A stretch of DNA of 64,000 nt from assembly GCA_964567185.1 (NCBI GenBank), contig CAZMKZ010000001.1, positions 13,507 through 77,506 on the forward strand. Reading direction: 5' to 3'. Shown one piece after another: positions 29,665-38,218 of this stretch; the stretch's first letter is position 1; the number at the start of each line of letters is the position of its first letter. The stretch comes from an uncultured Thermodesulfobacteriota bacterium (lineage in GTDB: Bacteria > Desulfobacterota > GWC2-55-46 > JADFVP01). The translations under genes were made by a program, and so were the position numbers. The notes under the pieces are model-generated. The model saw nothing but the letters and a program-made list of their open reading frames with translations. It searched no databases and was not told the origin of the DNA.

Positions 29665-29704
29665 GGGTTTTTTAAACTCCTGAGTTTTTTTGCCGTCAAG
29701 GGGG

Positions 29705-30208
29705 CTAATCGAATTCTTTTCTCAGCTCTTCGAGTTTTCCAAGGTGCTCTTTTTCCTGCTCTATGAGGGCCGTGAGGACTGGTCTGTCTTTTTCCACGAT
29801 GACCTTCTCATACTCGTTGTAAAAGACGATTGAATCTTTTTCCATGCCAATGGCAAAGTCGAGCACCTCTGCAGGGTTGGTTATCTCTCCGGCAAAGAGG
29901 GCGCCGTCTCCGGGGCTCTTGAAGACCTCGGAGTCCGCCATGGAGCGCAGGTACTCCGATGCCTCTGTAATATAGGGGTCAAAACCCTCGGTTACGTATT
30001 CATCCTTCACAAGGTCTTTCATGGCTGAAAAAGTCTTTATATGGTGCGCTTCCTCAATGGCAAGATTCTTGAAGAGGGCCTTTACCTTCTCGTCTCTTGA
30101 GGCCTTGAAGGCGTCGGTGTAGAACTTCATGCCGTTTTCTTCTATCTTCAAGGCCATCTCTATGACCTCGCTGCCGGTGAACTTGACTGAGCTCATTTCT
30201 ACCTCCAC
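29705..30208 (-). CDS. ferritin-like/rubrerythrin-like diiron domain protein
   Basis: Paired E..H helices: ...IEMALKIEENGMKFY... and ...LAIEEAHHIKTF... Confidence 0.55.
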   Translation of the reverse strand: MEVEMSSVKFTGSEVIEMALKIEENGMKFYTDAFKASRDEKVKALFKNLAIEEAHHIKTFSAMKDLVKDEYVTEGFDPYITEASEYLRSMADSEVFKSPGDGALFAGEITNPAEVLDFAIGMEKDSIVFYNEYEKVIVEKDRPVLTALIEQEKEHLGKLEELRKEFD

Positions 30209-30575
30209 GCTTGTTTTCCGCCGATTATATCACCGCGATAATGCTTTTGCAAATATCTTTAGACGGCCCTCTTCGCCGCCCGGCGGCCCCTGCCGCCCCT
30301 GGCGCGTGGCCTTACATCACAGGTGCCACCTCTTGGAGACCCGTCCATGGATATCCGGCCTCATGCCGGATAATCTTACTGCAAAAATGGGCACAATCAA
30401 GATGAAACCGCCATGCTTTTCCAAAACAAGTCTGTCTTGACTTGGGACCGGCATTAATGTAAGTATGATAAAATTATCAATATTCCGCTACGAAAGACTG
30501 CGTAACGCAGGCCGGGGTCTTGGCAATTAGTGGAATTATCATAAAGGTTTCTTAAAATAAGGCGCGTTTTTATCA

Positions 30576-32537
30576 ATGGAGTCAAAAGTAAGGGGAGATG
30601 ATGCAGAGTCTTTTGGCCCTGTGTTGTGGAAAGGCAGGGCACGGGCAGCGGCCATCCTCTTGATAGCCTTTTCCGCCATCCTCGTCTACTCCAATACCCT
30701 CAATAGCCCTTTTGTCCTTGACGACCCCTATGTAATAGTCAACAGCCCCTATGTTCATGCCCTCTCCAACTTCTGGCCCCCCGGCGGCCCGAGGTATTTC
30801 GGGTACCTCACCTTTGCCCTCAATTACAGTATGGGCGGACTCAGCCTGCCGGGATATCATATTGTAAATATCGCTATTCATATCCTGAACGGGATACTCG
30901 TCTATACGCTGGCGCAATATATCTTCATGACGCCTGCTGTTCGAAATTTTACGGGCACGGAACAAAAAAGCACGGCCCCGTACATTGCCCTTCTATCGGC
31001 CCTTATCTTTACCGTGCATCCCGTAAACACACAGGGCGTAACCTACATCGCACAGCGTTTTACCTCCCTTGCCACCCTCTTTTATCTCCTGACGATAGTT
31101 TTTTATCTCAAGTGGAAAACTCTCAGGGGCACGGGGCGGGGGGCTGTTTTTTATGCCCTTTCACTCCTCTTCGCCATAGTCGCGCAGAAGACGAAGGAGA
31201 TAAGTTTCACGCTCCCCTTCATGCTGGTCTTTTTTGAGTTTGCCTACTTTCCCTCTTCCGGCAGGGATGGTCTGAAAAAGAGGGCAATCTATCTCGCGCC
31301 ATTTCTCTTCTGTCTCATCATCATACCCCTGTCCCTCTTCTGGACGGCCATTACCGGGATGATATTCCACTCCGGCGGGGGCAGTGGCGGCGGCTTCTCC
31401 TCTGCGGTGCCCCTGGACTTGAAAGAAATCCCGCAGTACAATTACGTGATTACACAGTTAAGGGTAACCATTACATATTTCAAGCTCATGGTCTTCCCTG
31501 TTGGCCAGAACCTTGACTATGAGTACCCGGTATTCCAGACCTTCTGGACCCCCGAGGTTCTCTTGAGCCTCCTTGCGAATATCGCCATCGTATCTTCGGG
31601 CATTTATCTTTTCCTTCGCTCAAGGGCCAAAAAAAACCCCTTCCTCCTTATTATCTCTTCGGGTATTTTCTGGTTCTATTTGGCCCTTGCCGTGGAATTC
31701 TTTACCCCCTTGAGAGACGTAATATATGAGCACAGAGTTTATCTTCCGGGCATAGGGATATTTTTTGCCTTTAGCACGGCCGTGCTCTACGGGTTTTCCA
31801 TGGTTCGTGAAAGATTTGCCCTTAAGACATCCTTTGCCAAGGCGGCGGTTGTAATCTTCTGTCTCATTGTTTTTCCCCTTGCCTCCGCCACATACGCGAG
31901 AAATATGGTATGGCGGGATATCGTAGTTTTATATGAGGATATACTTCAGAAGAGTCCCGATAAGGCCAGGGCCCATAACAACCTTGGGGCGGAATACGCG
32001 AAGAGGCGGTTCTTTGAAAAGGCGATAAAAGAGTTCAGGGCGACCCTGAAGCTGGATTCCAGCCTTCATGCCACGATAAGGAATCTTGCCAACGCCCTTG
32101 CGGAGGAAGGCCGTGTCGATGAGGCCGTGGTTGAGTATAAAAGGTTTCTTGAGACGAGTCCCGGCGACATTGACGCGCGCGAACGCCTCGCGGGTATCTA
32201 TTTTGACAGGGGGTTCATGAAACTCGCGGCAAAAGAATATATGATGATACTGGTCAGCCACCCGGATAGTATAAAGGCGCATAATAATCTGGCGAATATA
32301 TTCTTTTTACAGGGCTTGCTCGATAAGGCCCTGAGAGAATACAGTATCGTCTTGTCCATGGAGCCCGGCCATGTAGAGACCCTTTACAACATGGCCATAA
32401 CACTTGAACAGAAGGGCGATATGGCAGGCGCCGTCTCATATTACCGGAGGTTCATTGACGCGGCCACCCCTGAGTATGCCGTTGAGAAGGAGACCTCCAT
32501 CAGCAAGGTAAGGGCCTTTATGCAGGAAAATCAGTAG
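30576..32537 (+). CDS. PMT_2/ArnT-family (GT-C) membrane glycosyltransferase fused to C-terminal TPR repeats (TMTC-like)
   Basis: N-terminal polytopic region with VLDDPYVIVNSPYV and GYHIVNIAIHILNGILVY, characteristic of PMT_2/TMTC. C-terminal third holds TPR repeats (AHNNLG..Y, AIKEF...). Confidence 0.6.
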   Translation: MESKVRGDDAESFGPVLWKGRARAAAILLIAFSAILVYSNTLNSPFVLDDPYVIVNSPYVHALSNFWPPGGPRYFGYLTFALNYSMGGLSLPGYHIVNIAIHILNGILVYTLAQYIFMTPAVRNFTGTEQKSTAPYIALLSALIFTVHPVNTQGVTYIAQRFTSLATLFYLLTIVFYLKWKTLRGTGRGAVFYALSLLFAIVAQKTKEISFTLPFMLVFFEFAYFPSSGRDGLKKRAIYLAPFLFCLIIIPLSLFWTAITGMIFHSGGGSGGGFSSAVPLDLKEIPQYNYVITQLRVTITYFKLMVFPVGQNLDYEYPVFQTFWTPEVLLSLLANIAIVSSGIYLFLRSRAKKNPFLLIISSGIFWFYLALAVEFFTPLRDVIYEHRVYLPGIGIFFAFSTAVLYGFSMVRERFALKTSFAKAAVVIFCLIVFPLASATYARNMVWRDIVVLYEDILQKSPDKARAHNNLGAEYAKRRFFEKAIKEFRATLKLDSSLHATIRNLANALAEEGRVDEAVVEYKRFLETSPGDIDARERLAGIYFDRGFMKLAAKEYMMILVSHPDSIKAHNNLANIFFLQGLLDKALREYSIVLSMEPGHVETLYNMAITLEQKGDMAGAVSYYRRFIDAATPEYAVEKETSISKVRAFMQENQ

Positions 32538-32639
32538 GCCCGGCTTTTTGGAATGACCGAAGATGGAGAGATTAATTGACGCCCTTTTCGTCTCTGGTAA
32601 GGGGCGTCACCGGGCATGGCATCAGGCGCGCTCTTGCGC

Positions 32640-34136
32640 TCAGTCTATCTGCGCCTTCTGCAACGCCCCGCTGAAATCCCTGTAAACCACCTTCACACGG
32701 GAGAACATATCAATGGCCCCGCCGCGTCCGCCCGCCTCCTTGTGGCCAAGGCCGCTCCGGCCCGTGCCGCCAAAGGGCAGGTGCACCTCGGCGCCTATGG
32801 TGGGGGCGTTTATATAGACTATGCCGGCGGTGAGGTCGCGCTCTGCGACGGCAGAGGAGTTAACGTCCTGAGTGTAAATGGCGGAGGATAGGCCGTATTC
32901 AACATTATTGGCTATTTCAATGGCATCTTCAAGGGACTCCGCCTTTATGACGGAAACAATGGGGCCGAAGATCTCTTCAGTGGCGATACGCATGGAGGGC
33001 GTAACACCGCTGAATATGGTGGGCTCCATGAAAAAGCCTTTTTCGTACTTACCTTCCGTAAGGGCCTTTCCGCCAAGGGAGAGGGTGGCTCCCTCGCCGG
33101 CACCCACCTTTACGTATGAGAGGGCTTTTTTCAGTTGAGCCTCGTTGATAAGGGGGCCTATATCGGTTTCCGACTTTAGCCCGTCTCCCACGGTTAGCCC
33201 GGCGGAGTCTGTGATGAGCATATCAAGAAAGCGCTCATAGACCTCTTTGTGAACGATGAGCCTGCTTGCCGCCGTGCATCTTTGACCCGTGGTTCCAAAG
33301 GCCCCCCAGAGCGCGCCCTCAAGGGCGAGTTCAAGGTTGGCGTCACTCATGATGATAATGGGGTTCTTGCCGCCCATCTCGCAGGAGACCGTCTTGTCAG
33401 GGCCCGCGCACATGCGGGCGAGTTTTTCACCCACCGCCGAAGACCCCGTAAAAGATAGGCCGTCCACGTCGGGGTGTGTGGCAAGGTACTCGCCAACTGA
33501 ATCGCCGCCTCCGTGAACAAGGTTAAGCACCCCTTCAGGAAGGCCCGCCTCGGCTATAATCTCAACAAGGCGTGTGGCCGCGGCCGGGGTATAACTCGAG
33601 GGCTTGAAGACCACTGTATTGCCAGCCACGAGGGCCGGGAATATCTTCCACGCGGGTATGGCCGTTGGAAAGTTCCATGGTGTTATGAGTGCAAAGACCC
33701 CGATTGGCTCGCGGAAGGTCTTGCAGTCTTTTGAGGGCAGTTCCGATGGCGTTGTCTCACCGGTAAGGCGCCTGCCTTCACCGGCCATGTAATAGGCCAT
33801 GTCAATGGCCTCCTGAACATCGCCGAGCCCCTCGGAGATAATCTTTCCCATCTCGCGGGTTACGAGCCTGCCGAGTTTTTCTTTCTCGCCTTTTAGTATC
33901 TCGGCGGCCCTGAAAATAATCTCGCCTCTTACCGGAGCCGGGGTAAGGCGCCAGGATGCGTAGGCCTCGCGGGCCGCCGCAACGGCGCTGTCTACCTCGG
34001 CCTTTGTGGATGCCGGAGCCAATGCCACAATCTCGGAGGTGTCCGCCGGGTTCAGGCTTTTAATGGACTCGCCCTTCGAGGCGCTCCACTTTCCGCCTAT
34101 GTAATTCATGAGGTTTCTGGTCCGTGTTGGAGACAT
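32640..34136 (-). CDS. NAD(P)-dependent aldehyde dehydrogenase family protein (start may be the internal Met at 34109)
   Basis: ALDH fold with FALITPWNFP and the catalytic Cys region. 498 aa. Confidence 0.85.
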   Translation of the reverse strand: MSPTRTRNLMNYIGGKWSASKGESIKSLNPADTSEIVALAPASTKAEVDSAVAAAREAYASWRLTPAPVRGEIIFRAAEILKGEKEKLGRLVTREMGKIISEGLGDVQEAIDMAYYMAGEGRRLTGETTPSELPSKDCKTFREPIGVFALITPWNFPTAIPAWKIFPALVAGNTVVFKPSSYTPAAATRLVEIIAEAGLPEGVLNLVHGGGDSVGEYLATHPDVDGLSFTGSSAVGEKLARMCAGPDKTVSCEMGGKNPIIIMSDANLELALEGALWGAFGTTGQRCTAASRLIVHKEVYERFLDMLITDSAGLTVGDGLKSETDIGPLINEAQLKKALSYVKVGAGEGATLSLGGKALTEGKYEKGFFMEPTIFSGVTPSMRIATEEIFGPIVSVIKAESLEDAIEIANNVEYGLSSAIYTQDVNSSAVAERDLTAGIVYINAPTIGAEVHLPFGGTGRSGLGHKEAGGRGGAIDMFSRVKVVYRDFSGALQKAQID

Positions 34137-34269
34137 TACTACCTCCTTGCAGGGGAAATCAGATGGGGTGCGGATGAACAGGGATATATAAAAAACATAT
34201 CATATATTCAGCGAGTTGCAAGGATATTTGAGCGGCGGTTCCGGTCTCTGGCGTCTATGGGAGAAAAAA

Positions 34270-34343
34270 TGGAGCGGGCGATGGGAATCGAACCCACGTG
34301 TGCAGCTTGGGAAGCTGCCATTCTACCATTGAATCACGCCCGC
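34270..34343 (-). tRNA. tRNA-Gly (anticodon CCC)
   Basis: Reverse complement is GCGGGCGTGATTCAATGGTAGAATGGCAGCTTCCCAAGCTGCACACGTGGGTTCGATTCCCATCGCCCGCTCCA. Cloverleaf fits: GCAGC/GCTGC anticodon stem, loop TTCCCAA, TTCGATT T-loop, encoded CCA. Confidence 0.9.
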
Positions 34344-34454
34344 ATGGAAATATGAGACTATTGGCCCCGGAGGAATCTCTTATACTATAAATCAGGGGCA
34401 GGGTCAAGTCCCTGACCTCAAAACAACGGAAGGGCGCAGGCGTTTTTTTAGACC

Positions 34455-34482
34455 TTGACAAAAGGGGGACATGATGTAATAT
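34455..34482 (+). promoter_or_regulatory. sigma70-type promoter (TTGACA-16 nt-TAATAT) for the HlyD/ABC-2 operon, followed by the inverted repeat AGTAAG-TG-CTTACT at 34483-34496
   Basis: Consensus hexamers seen directly in the sequence. A perfect 6-bp inverted repeat abuts the -10 hexamer. Confidence 0.45.
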
Positions 34483-34625
34483 AGTAAGTGCTTACTTACT
34501 TTGGAAGAGAGTCAAAAAGGGTCTGCTTTTTTTGCGAAGCCGGTTTATTATCTTTGACAATTTCTTTGTGCCTTCAGCCTTAAACTTCAGGCAGGGGTTT
34601 TGAGAGCAATTCATTAAAATAAGAG

Positions 34626-35726
34626 GTGCTTTTTTTGAAGGTTTTGAAAAAAATCATTCCCATCGCTGTCTTACTCGGCATCGCTGTGGCGGTGGTCTTC
34701 TATTTCAAGGGCAGGGGCCCCGGGGAGTCGGTAGACTCCATTACCGCCACGGGCACCATAGAGGCCACGGAGGTGGCGCTCTCGCCAAAGATTTCCGAGT
34801 CCATAGATTGGCTCTGCTGTAAGGTAGGCGGACGGGTTAGCGCGGGGCAGGTTGTGGTAAGGCTCGACGCGAGGGAATTAAAGGCCCTTGTGGCCGAGGC
34901 CTCAGCCACGGTGGCGGCCTCTGCCGAGGCCGTCAAGGAGGCCCGCGTTGAGCTGGAGATACGCCGCGTTGCCGTAGAGTCCGAAGGCTACGCCGTTGAA
35001 TCTGCCCGCTCCGAGGTCTTGCGTGTAAAATCCATTGCCATTGACGCTGAAAAAGAGTTCAAGCGTCTCCGGACCCTTGTGAAGAAGGGATTTGTCTCAA
35101 AGAGCGCCTTTGACAGCGCAAAGGCATCCTATGACTCGGCTGCGGCCAGCCTCAGCTCCGCGGAATCCGGGCTAAAGGCCGAAGAGGCGCGCCTCCGTAA
35201 CGCACGCGTGGCCGTAAAGAGGGCCGAGGCCGCGGTCTCGGCGGAAAAGGCGAGGCGCTTTAAAGACCAGGCAACCGAGGCCGTGCTTCGCACAAGGCTC
35301 TCATACGCGGAGCTTAAGAGCCCCATTGACGGCGTTGTATCTTACAAGGCCTTTGAGGCCGGTGAGATGGCCGTGCCGGGCCGGGCCATATATACCATAT
35401 ATGACCTTACGGATATGTGGGCAAGGCTCGACGTTGGAGAATCGGAGCTTGGCCGTGTAAGGCTTGGCGCCAGGGCCGAGGTCTGGACCGAAGCAAACCC
35501 ATCGAGGGTCTTCAAGGCGGTTGTTAGCGAGATAGGGCAGATGGGAGAGTTCGCCACTCATAAAGACGTGGTGCGTGTCTCTCACGATATCAAGACTTTC
35601 AGGATAAAGGTGAGGCTCTCTGACGCGGCGGGATTATTAAAACCCGGCATGACCTGCAAGGTAAGGATTTTGTTTGGTGAGAGCGGGGCTAAGGGCATTA
35701 AAACCCCGCTAAAGGCGGTGAAATGA
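34626..35726 (+). CDS. HlyD-family membrane fusion (periplasmic adaptor) protein
   Basis: N-terminal TM anchor, long Ala-rich coiled-coil segment, and C-terminal beta-barrel region. Precedes an ABC ATPase and permease. Confidence 0.75.
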   Translation: MLFLKVLKKIIPIAVLLGIAVAVVFYFKGRGPGESVDSITATGTIEATEVALSPKISESIDWLCCKVGGRVSAGQVVVRLDARELKALVAEASATVAASAEAVKEARVELEIRRVAVESEGYAVESARSEVLRVKSIAIDAEKEFKRLRTLVKKGFVSKSAFDSAKASYDSAAASLSSAESGLKAEEARLRNARVAVKRAEAAVSAEKARRFKDQATEAVLRTRLSYAELKSPIDGVVSYKAFEAGEMAVPGRAIYTIYDLTDMWARLDVGESELGRVRLGARAEVWTEANPSRVFKAVVSEIGQMGEFATHKDVVRVSHDIKTFRIKVRLSDAAGLLKPGMTCKVRILFGESGAKGIKTPLKAVK

Positions 35727-36724
35727 CCCCTGTTATAGAGACAAAGGGGCTTACCAAGCTCTATGGCGAAAAAAAGGCGCTGGACGGGGTGAACCTCTCT
35801 GTGCCGAGCGGCGATTTTTTCGGTCTTCTTGGTCCTAACGGCGCGGGAAAGACAACGCTTATACGCATACTCTCTACCCTTATAAAGCCCACAGGGGGCG
35901 AGGCACGTGTCTCTGGTTTTGACGTGGTCTCGGCGCGCGGCGCAGTGCGCCGGGAGATAGGCGTCGTCCCGCAGGCCATGACCACTGACCTTGACCTCAC
36001 GGCCAGAGAGGTCCTTGATATCTACGCCAGGTTCTATGGCATGAGGGGAAGGAAAAGACGTGAGCGCATAGATGAGTTGCTTGAAATGGTGGGGCTTACG
36101 GCAAGGTCCGGCGACCTTGTGGCCTCATACTCAGGCGGCATGAGGCGCAGGCTCGAGATAGCCCGCGGGCTTGTGCACATGCCCACGCTCCTTATCCTTG
36201 ACGAACCTACCCTTGGACTTGACCCTCAGACAAGGCACGTGGTCTGGGATCTGCTGCGAAGGTTTCGCGCCGAGGACGGCCTGACCGTACTTCTTACCAC
36301 TCATTACATGGAAGAGGCCGAGTCGCTCTGCGACCATGTTGCCATTATAGATAACGGCAATATCGTGGCCCTTGATACCGTGCCCGGCCTCAAGGCCATG
36401 ATACCGAGCCAGGACGTTATTGAGCTCGGACTTGGAGGCATTGCCCCTGATGAGGCCCAACGCTGGATTTCGTCCCTTGATATGGTAGATACCTGCACCA
36501 TATCCGATGATAACTTTGTCGTCTACGTGAAGGACGCCGTAGTGGTCCTGCCGGTCCTCCTTGAAGGGCTGAAAGCGCGCGGCGCGTCCATTACGAGAAT
36601 GGCCCTTAAGGAGAAGAGCCTTGAGGACGTCTTTATACATTTTACGGGCAGGTCCATAAGGGAAGAAAAGGCAAAGAAGGTAAACTACTTCTTAGGCGCA
36701 GGCGTGCCGGGCAAGATGAGCTGA
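35723..36724 (+). CDS. ABC transporter ATP-binding protein (ABC-2 subfamily)
   Basis: Walker A GPNGAGKTT, signature YSGGMRRRLEIA, Walker B LLILDEPT. Confidence 0.9.
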   Translation: MTPVIETKGLTKLYGEKKALDGVNLSVPSGDFFGLLGPNGAGKTTLIRILSTLIKPTGGEARVSGFDVVSARGAVRREIGVVPQAMTTDLDLTAREVLDIYARFYGMRGRKRRERIDELLEMVGLTARSGDLVASYSGGMRRRLEIARGLVHMPTLLILDEPTLGLDPQTRHVVWDLLRRFRAEDGLTVLLTTHYMEEAESLCDHVAIIDNGNIVALDTVPGLKAMIPSQDVIELGLGGIAPDEAQRWISSLDMVDTCTISDDNFVVYVKDAVVVLPVLLEGLKARGASITRMALKEKSLEDVFIHFTGRSIREEKAKKVNYFLGAGVPGKMS

Positions 36725-36788
36725 CTGCCCTCGCGGCAATAGTGCCTTAACCCCCTTAATTTCCCATAAGAGAAGAATACAGGCTCCC

Positions 36789-37910
36789 ATGCAGCGCATA
36801 TTCGCCCTCCTCGAAAGAGACCTCAGAAAATTCATCCGCAACCCATTTGTGGTAGCCGTCTCCATAGCCATGCCCATTGTCTACCTCATCATAATGGGTT
36901 CGAGCTTTCAGGGCGAACTGAAGCGGCTTTCCGTGGCCGTGGTGGACCAGGACAACGGCGAGTACGCAAGGACGGTTATTGATAACCTGCGCGCCATTGC
37001 CCAGGGCCCGGCCTCCATACGTGTCCTTACTTTAACGGACAAGGCCTCTGCCATGAAGGGCCTCAAAGACGGCCTTTTCAAGGCCGTCGTGGTCCTGCCG
37101 CGGGATTTTTCCAGACGGGCGCTACGCGGCGAGACCGCCGTTGTAGGTCTTTTTCTCGATAATGTGGAGACCATCCCCTCGGCCACAATAGAGAGAAGCG
37201 TCCGCGGCGCCGTCGCCAATGTTTACGGTGATTTTGTCTCCATGCGCGCCGAGCGCGGCAAGGTCATCGTGCGCTCGATAAACACCTACAGAAAGATAGA
37301 TTACGACCAGGGCCTTATACCCGGCGTGGTAATCATGGCCATATTCATCGGGGCCATGACAACGGGCGTTTTCAACGTGGTGATGGACAGGTTTCTCGGT
37401 ATTGACGAGAGCTACTTCCTTACGCCGCTGACAAGGCTCGACATAGTCGTCTCTCTTGTCATAAGCGGGCTCCTCGTGACCACCGTGCTTGCCGTAATCG
37501 TACTCTTTCTCTCTACCCTCACGGCGGGGCTCCAAATCTGGACCTTTCTTACCATCACGGGTTTTCTCTCGGTGCTGGCAATATTCGTCCTGACGGCGCT
37601 TTCGCTTCAGGGGCTTATGTTCCTCGTCATGGGCAGGGCCACGCATCCGAGGATACTGGGCATAATGGGCGGTTTTCTCAATGTCATATTCTTTTTTCCA
37701 AGCGGGGCCATATATCCTGTTGAGAGTTTTCCTCCCTGGCTGCAGGCCTTTGCCAGCGTAAACCCCGAGACATACTCGGTGCACGCCCTGAAGGCCGTGC
37801 TTTTCAAGGGCGCCGGCCTGCACGCCATAAGCAACGACCTGCTCTTTCTGGCGGGTTTTTCCTTTGTTTCCCTTACGGTGAGCATCATAACCTTTAAACG
37901 CTCTCTTTAA
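36789..37910 (+). CDS. ABC-2 family transporter permease
   Basis: 373 aa with an N-terminal TM helix, a large periplasmic loop, then 5 TM helices, as in ABC-2 permeases. Confidence 0.75.
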   Translation: MQRIFALLERDLRKFIRNPFVVAVSIAMPIVYLIIMGSSFQGELKRLSVAVVDQDNGEYARTVIDNLRAIAQGPASIRVLTLTDKASAMKGLKDGLFKAVVVLPRDFSRRALRGETAVVGLFLDNVETIPSATIERSVRGAVANVYGDFVSMRAERGKVIVRSINTYRKIDYDQGLIPGVVIMAIFIGAMTTGVFNVVMDRFLGIDESYFLTPLTRLDIVVSLVISGLLVTTVLAVIVLFLSTLTAGLQIWTFLTITGFLSVLAIFVLTALSLQGLMFLVMGRATHPRILGIMGGFLNVIFFFPSGAIYPVESFPPWLQAFASVNPETYSVHALKAVLFKGAGLHAISNDLLFLAGFSFVSLTVSIITFKRSL

Positions 37911-37941
37911 CCGCGCCCTGTAACACTTTGTAAAAATTCCC

Positions 37942-37970
37942 TTGACAGGGCCGTGAGGATATATTATTGT
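37942..37970 (+). promoter_or_regulatory. candidate promoter TTGACA-17 nt-TATTGT driving the riboswitch transcript
   Basis: -35 hexamer at 37942-37947 and -10 at 37965-37970, about 25 nt upstream of the riboswitch P1 stem. Confidence 0.45.
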
Positions 37971-37995
37971 CATAGCACAATTGAATAAATGGATA

Positions 37996-38150
37996 TCTTA
38001 TCCAGAGTGGTGGAGGGACTGGCCCGATGAAACCACAGCAACCGGTGCATCACTGCATGTCAGGTGCTAAATCCAGCAGGGTTTGCAAAAACCCTGAAAG
38101 ATAAGAAGAACTAAGAGACCCTCTTCTTATCCCAAGAAGAGTTTTTTTTT
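37996..38150 (+). ncRNA. SAM-I (S-box) riboswitch with intrinsic terminator expression platform
   Basis: TCTTATCCAGAGTGGTGGAGGGACTGGCCCGATGAAACCACAGCAACC...CTGAAAGATAAGAAG. The GGTGGAGGGACTGGCCCGATGAAACC core matches the SAM-I kink-turn/P2-P3 consensus, and P1 is TCTTATC/GATAAGA. A terminator CTCTTCTT-ATCCC-AAGAAGAG plus T9 lies at 38121-38150, and its 5' arm can alternatively pair with the P1 3' strand. Confidence 0.85.
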
Positions 38151-38218
38151 GCTCGTTTTTCGAGATGGCTTTAAGGCGAGTTTCTGTTTTTAACGTATCA
38201 GGCACAGGAGAAACCTAG

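Noticed and set aside
29295-29766. Plus-strand ORFs (90 aa and 151 aa) overlapping the Cys-rich and ferritin-like genes
   Set aside because: Antisense to two better-supported minus-strand genes and overlapping them in a head-to-tail operon. No motifs.
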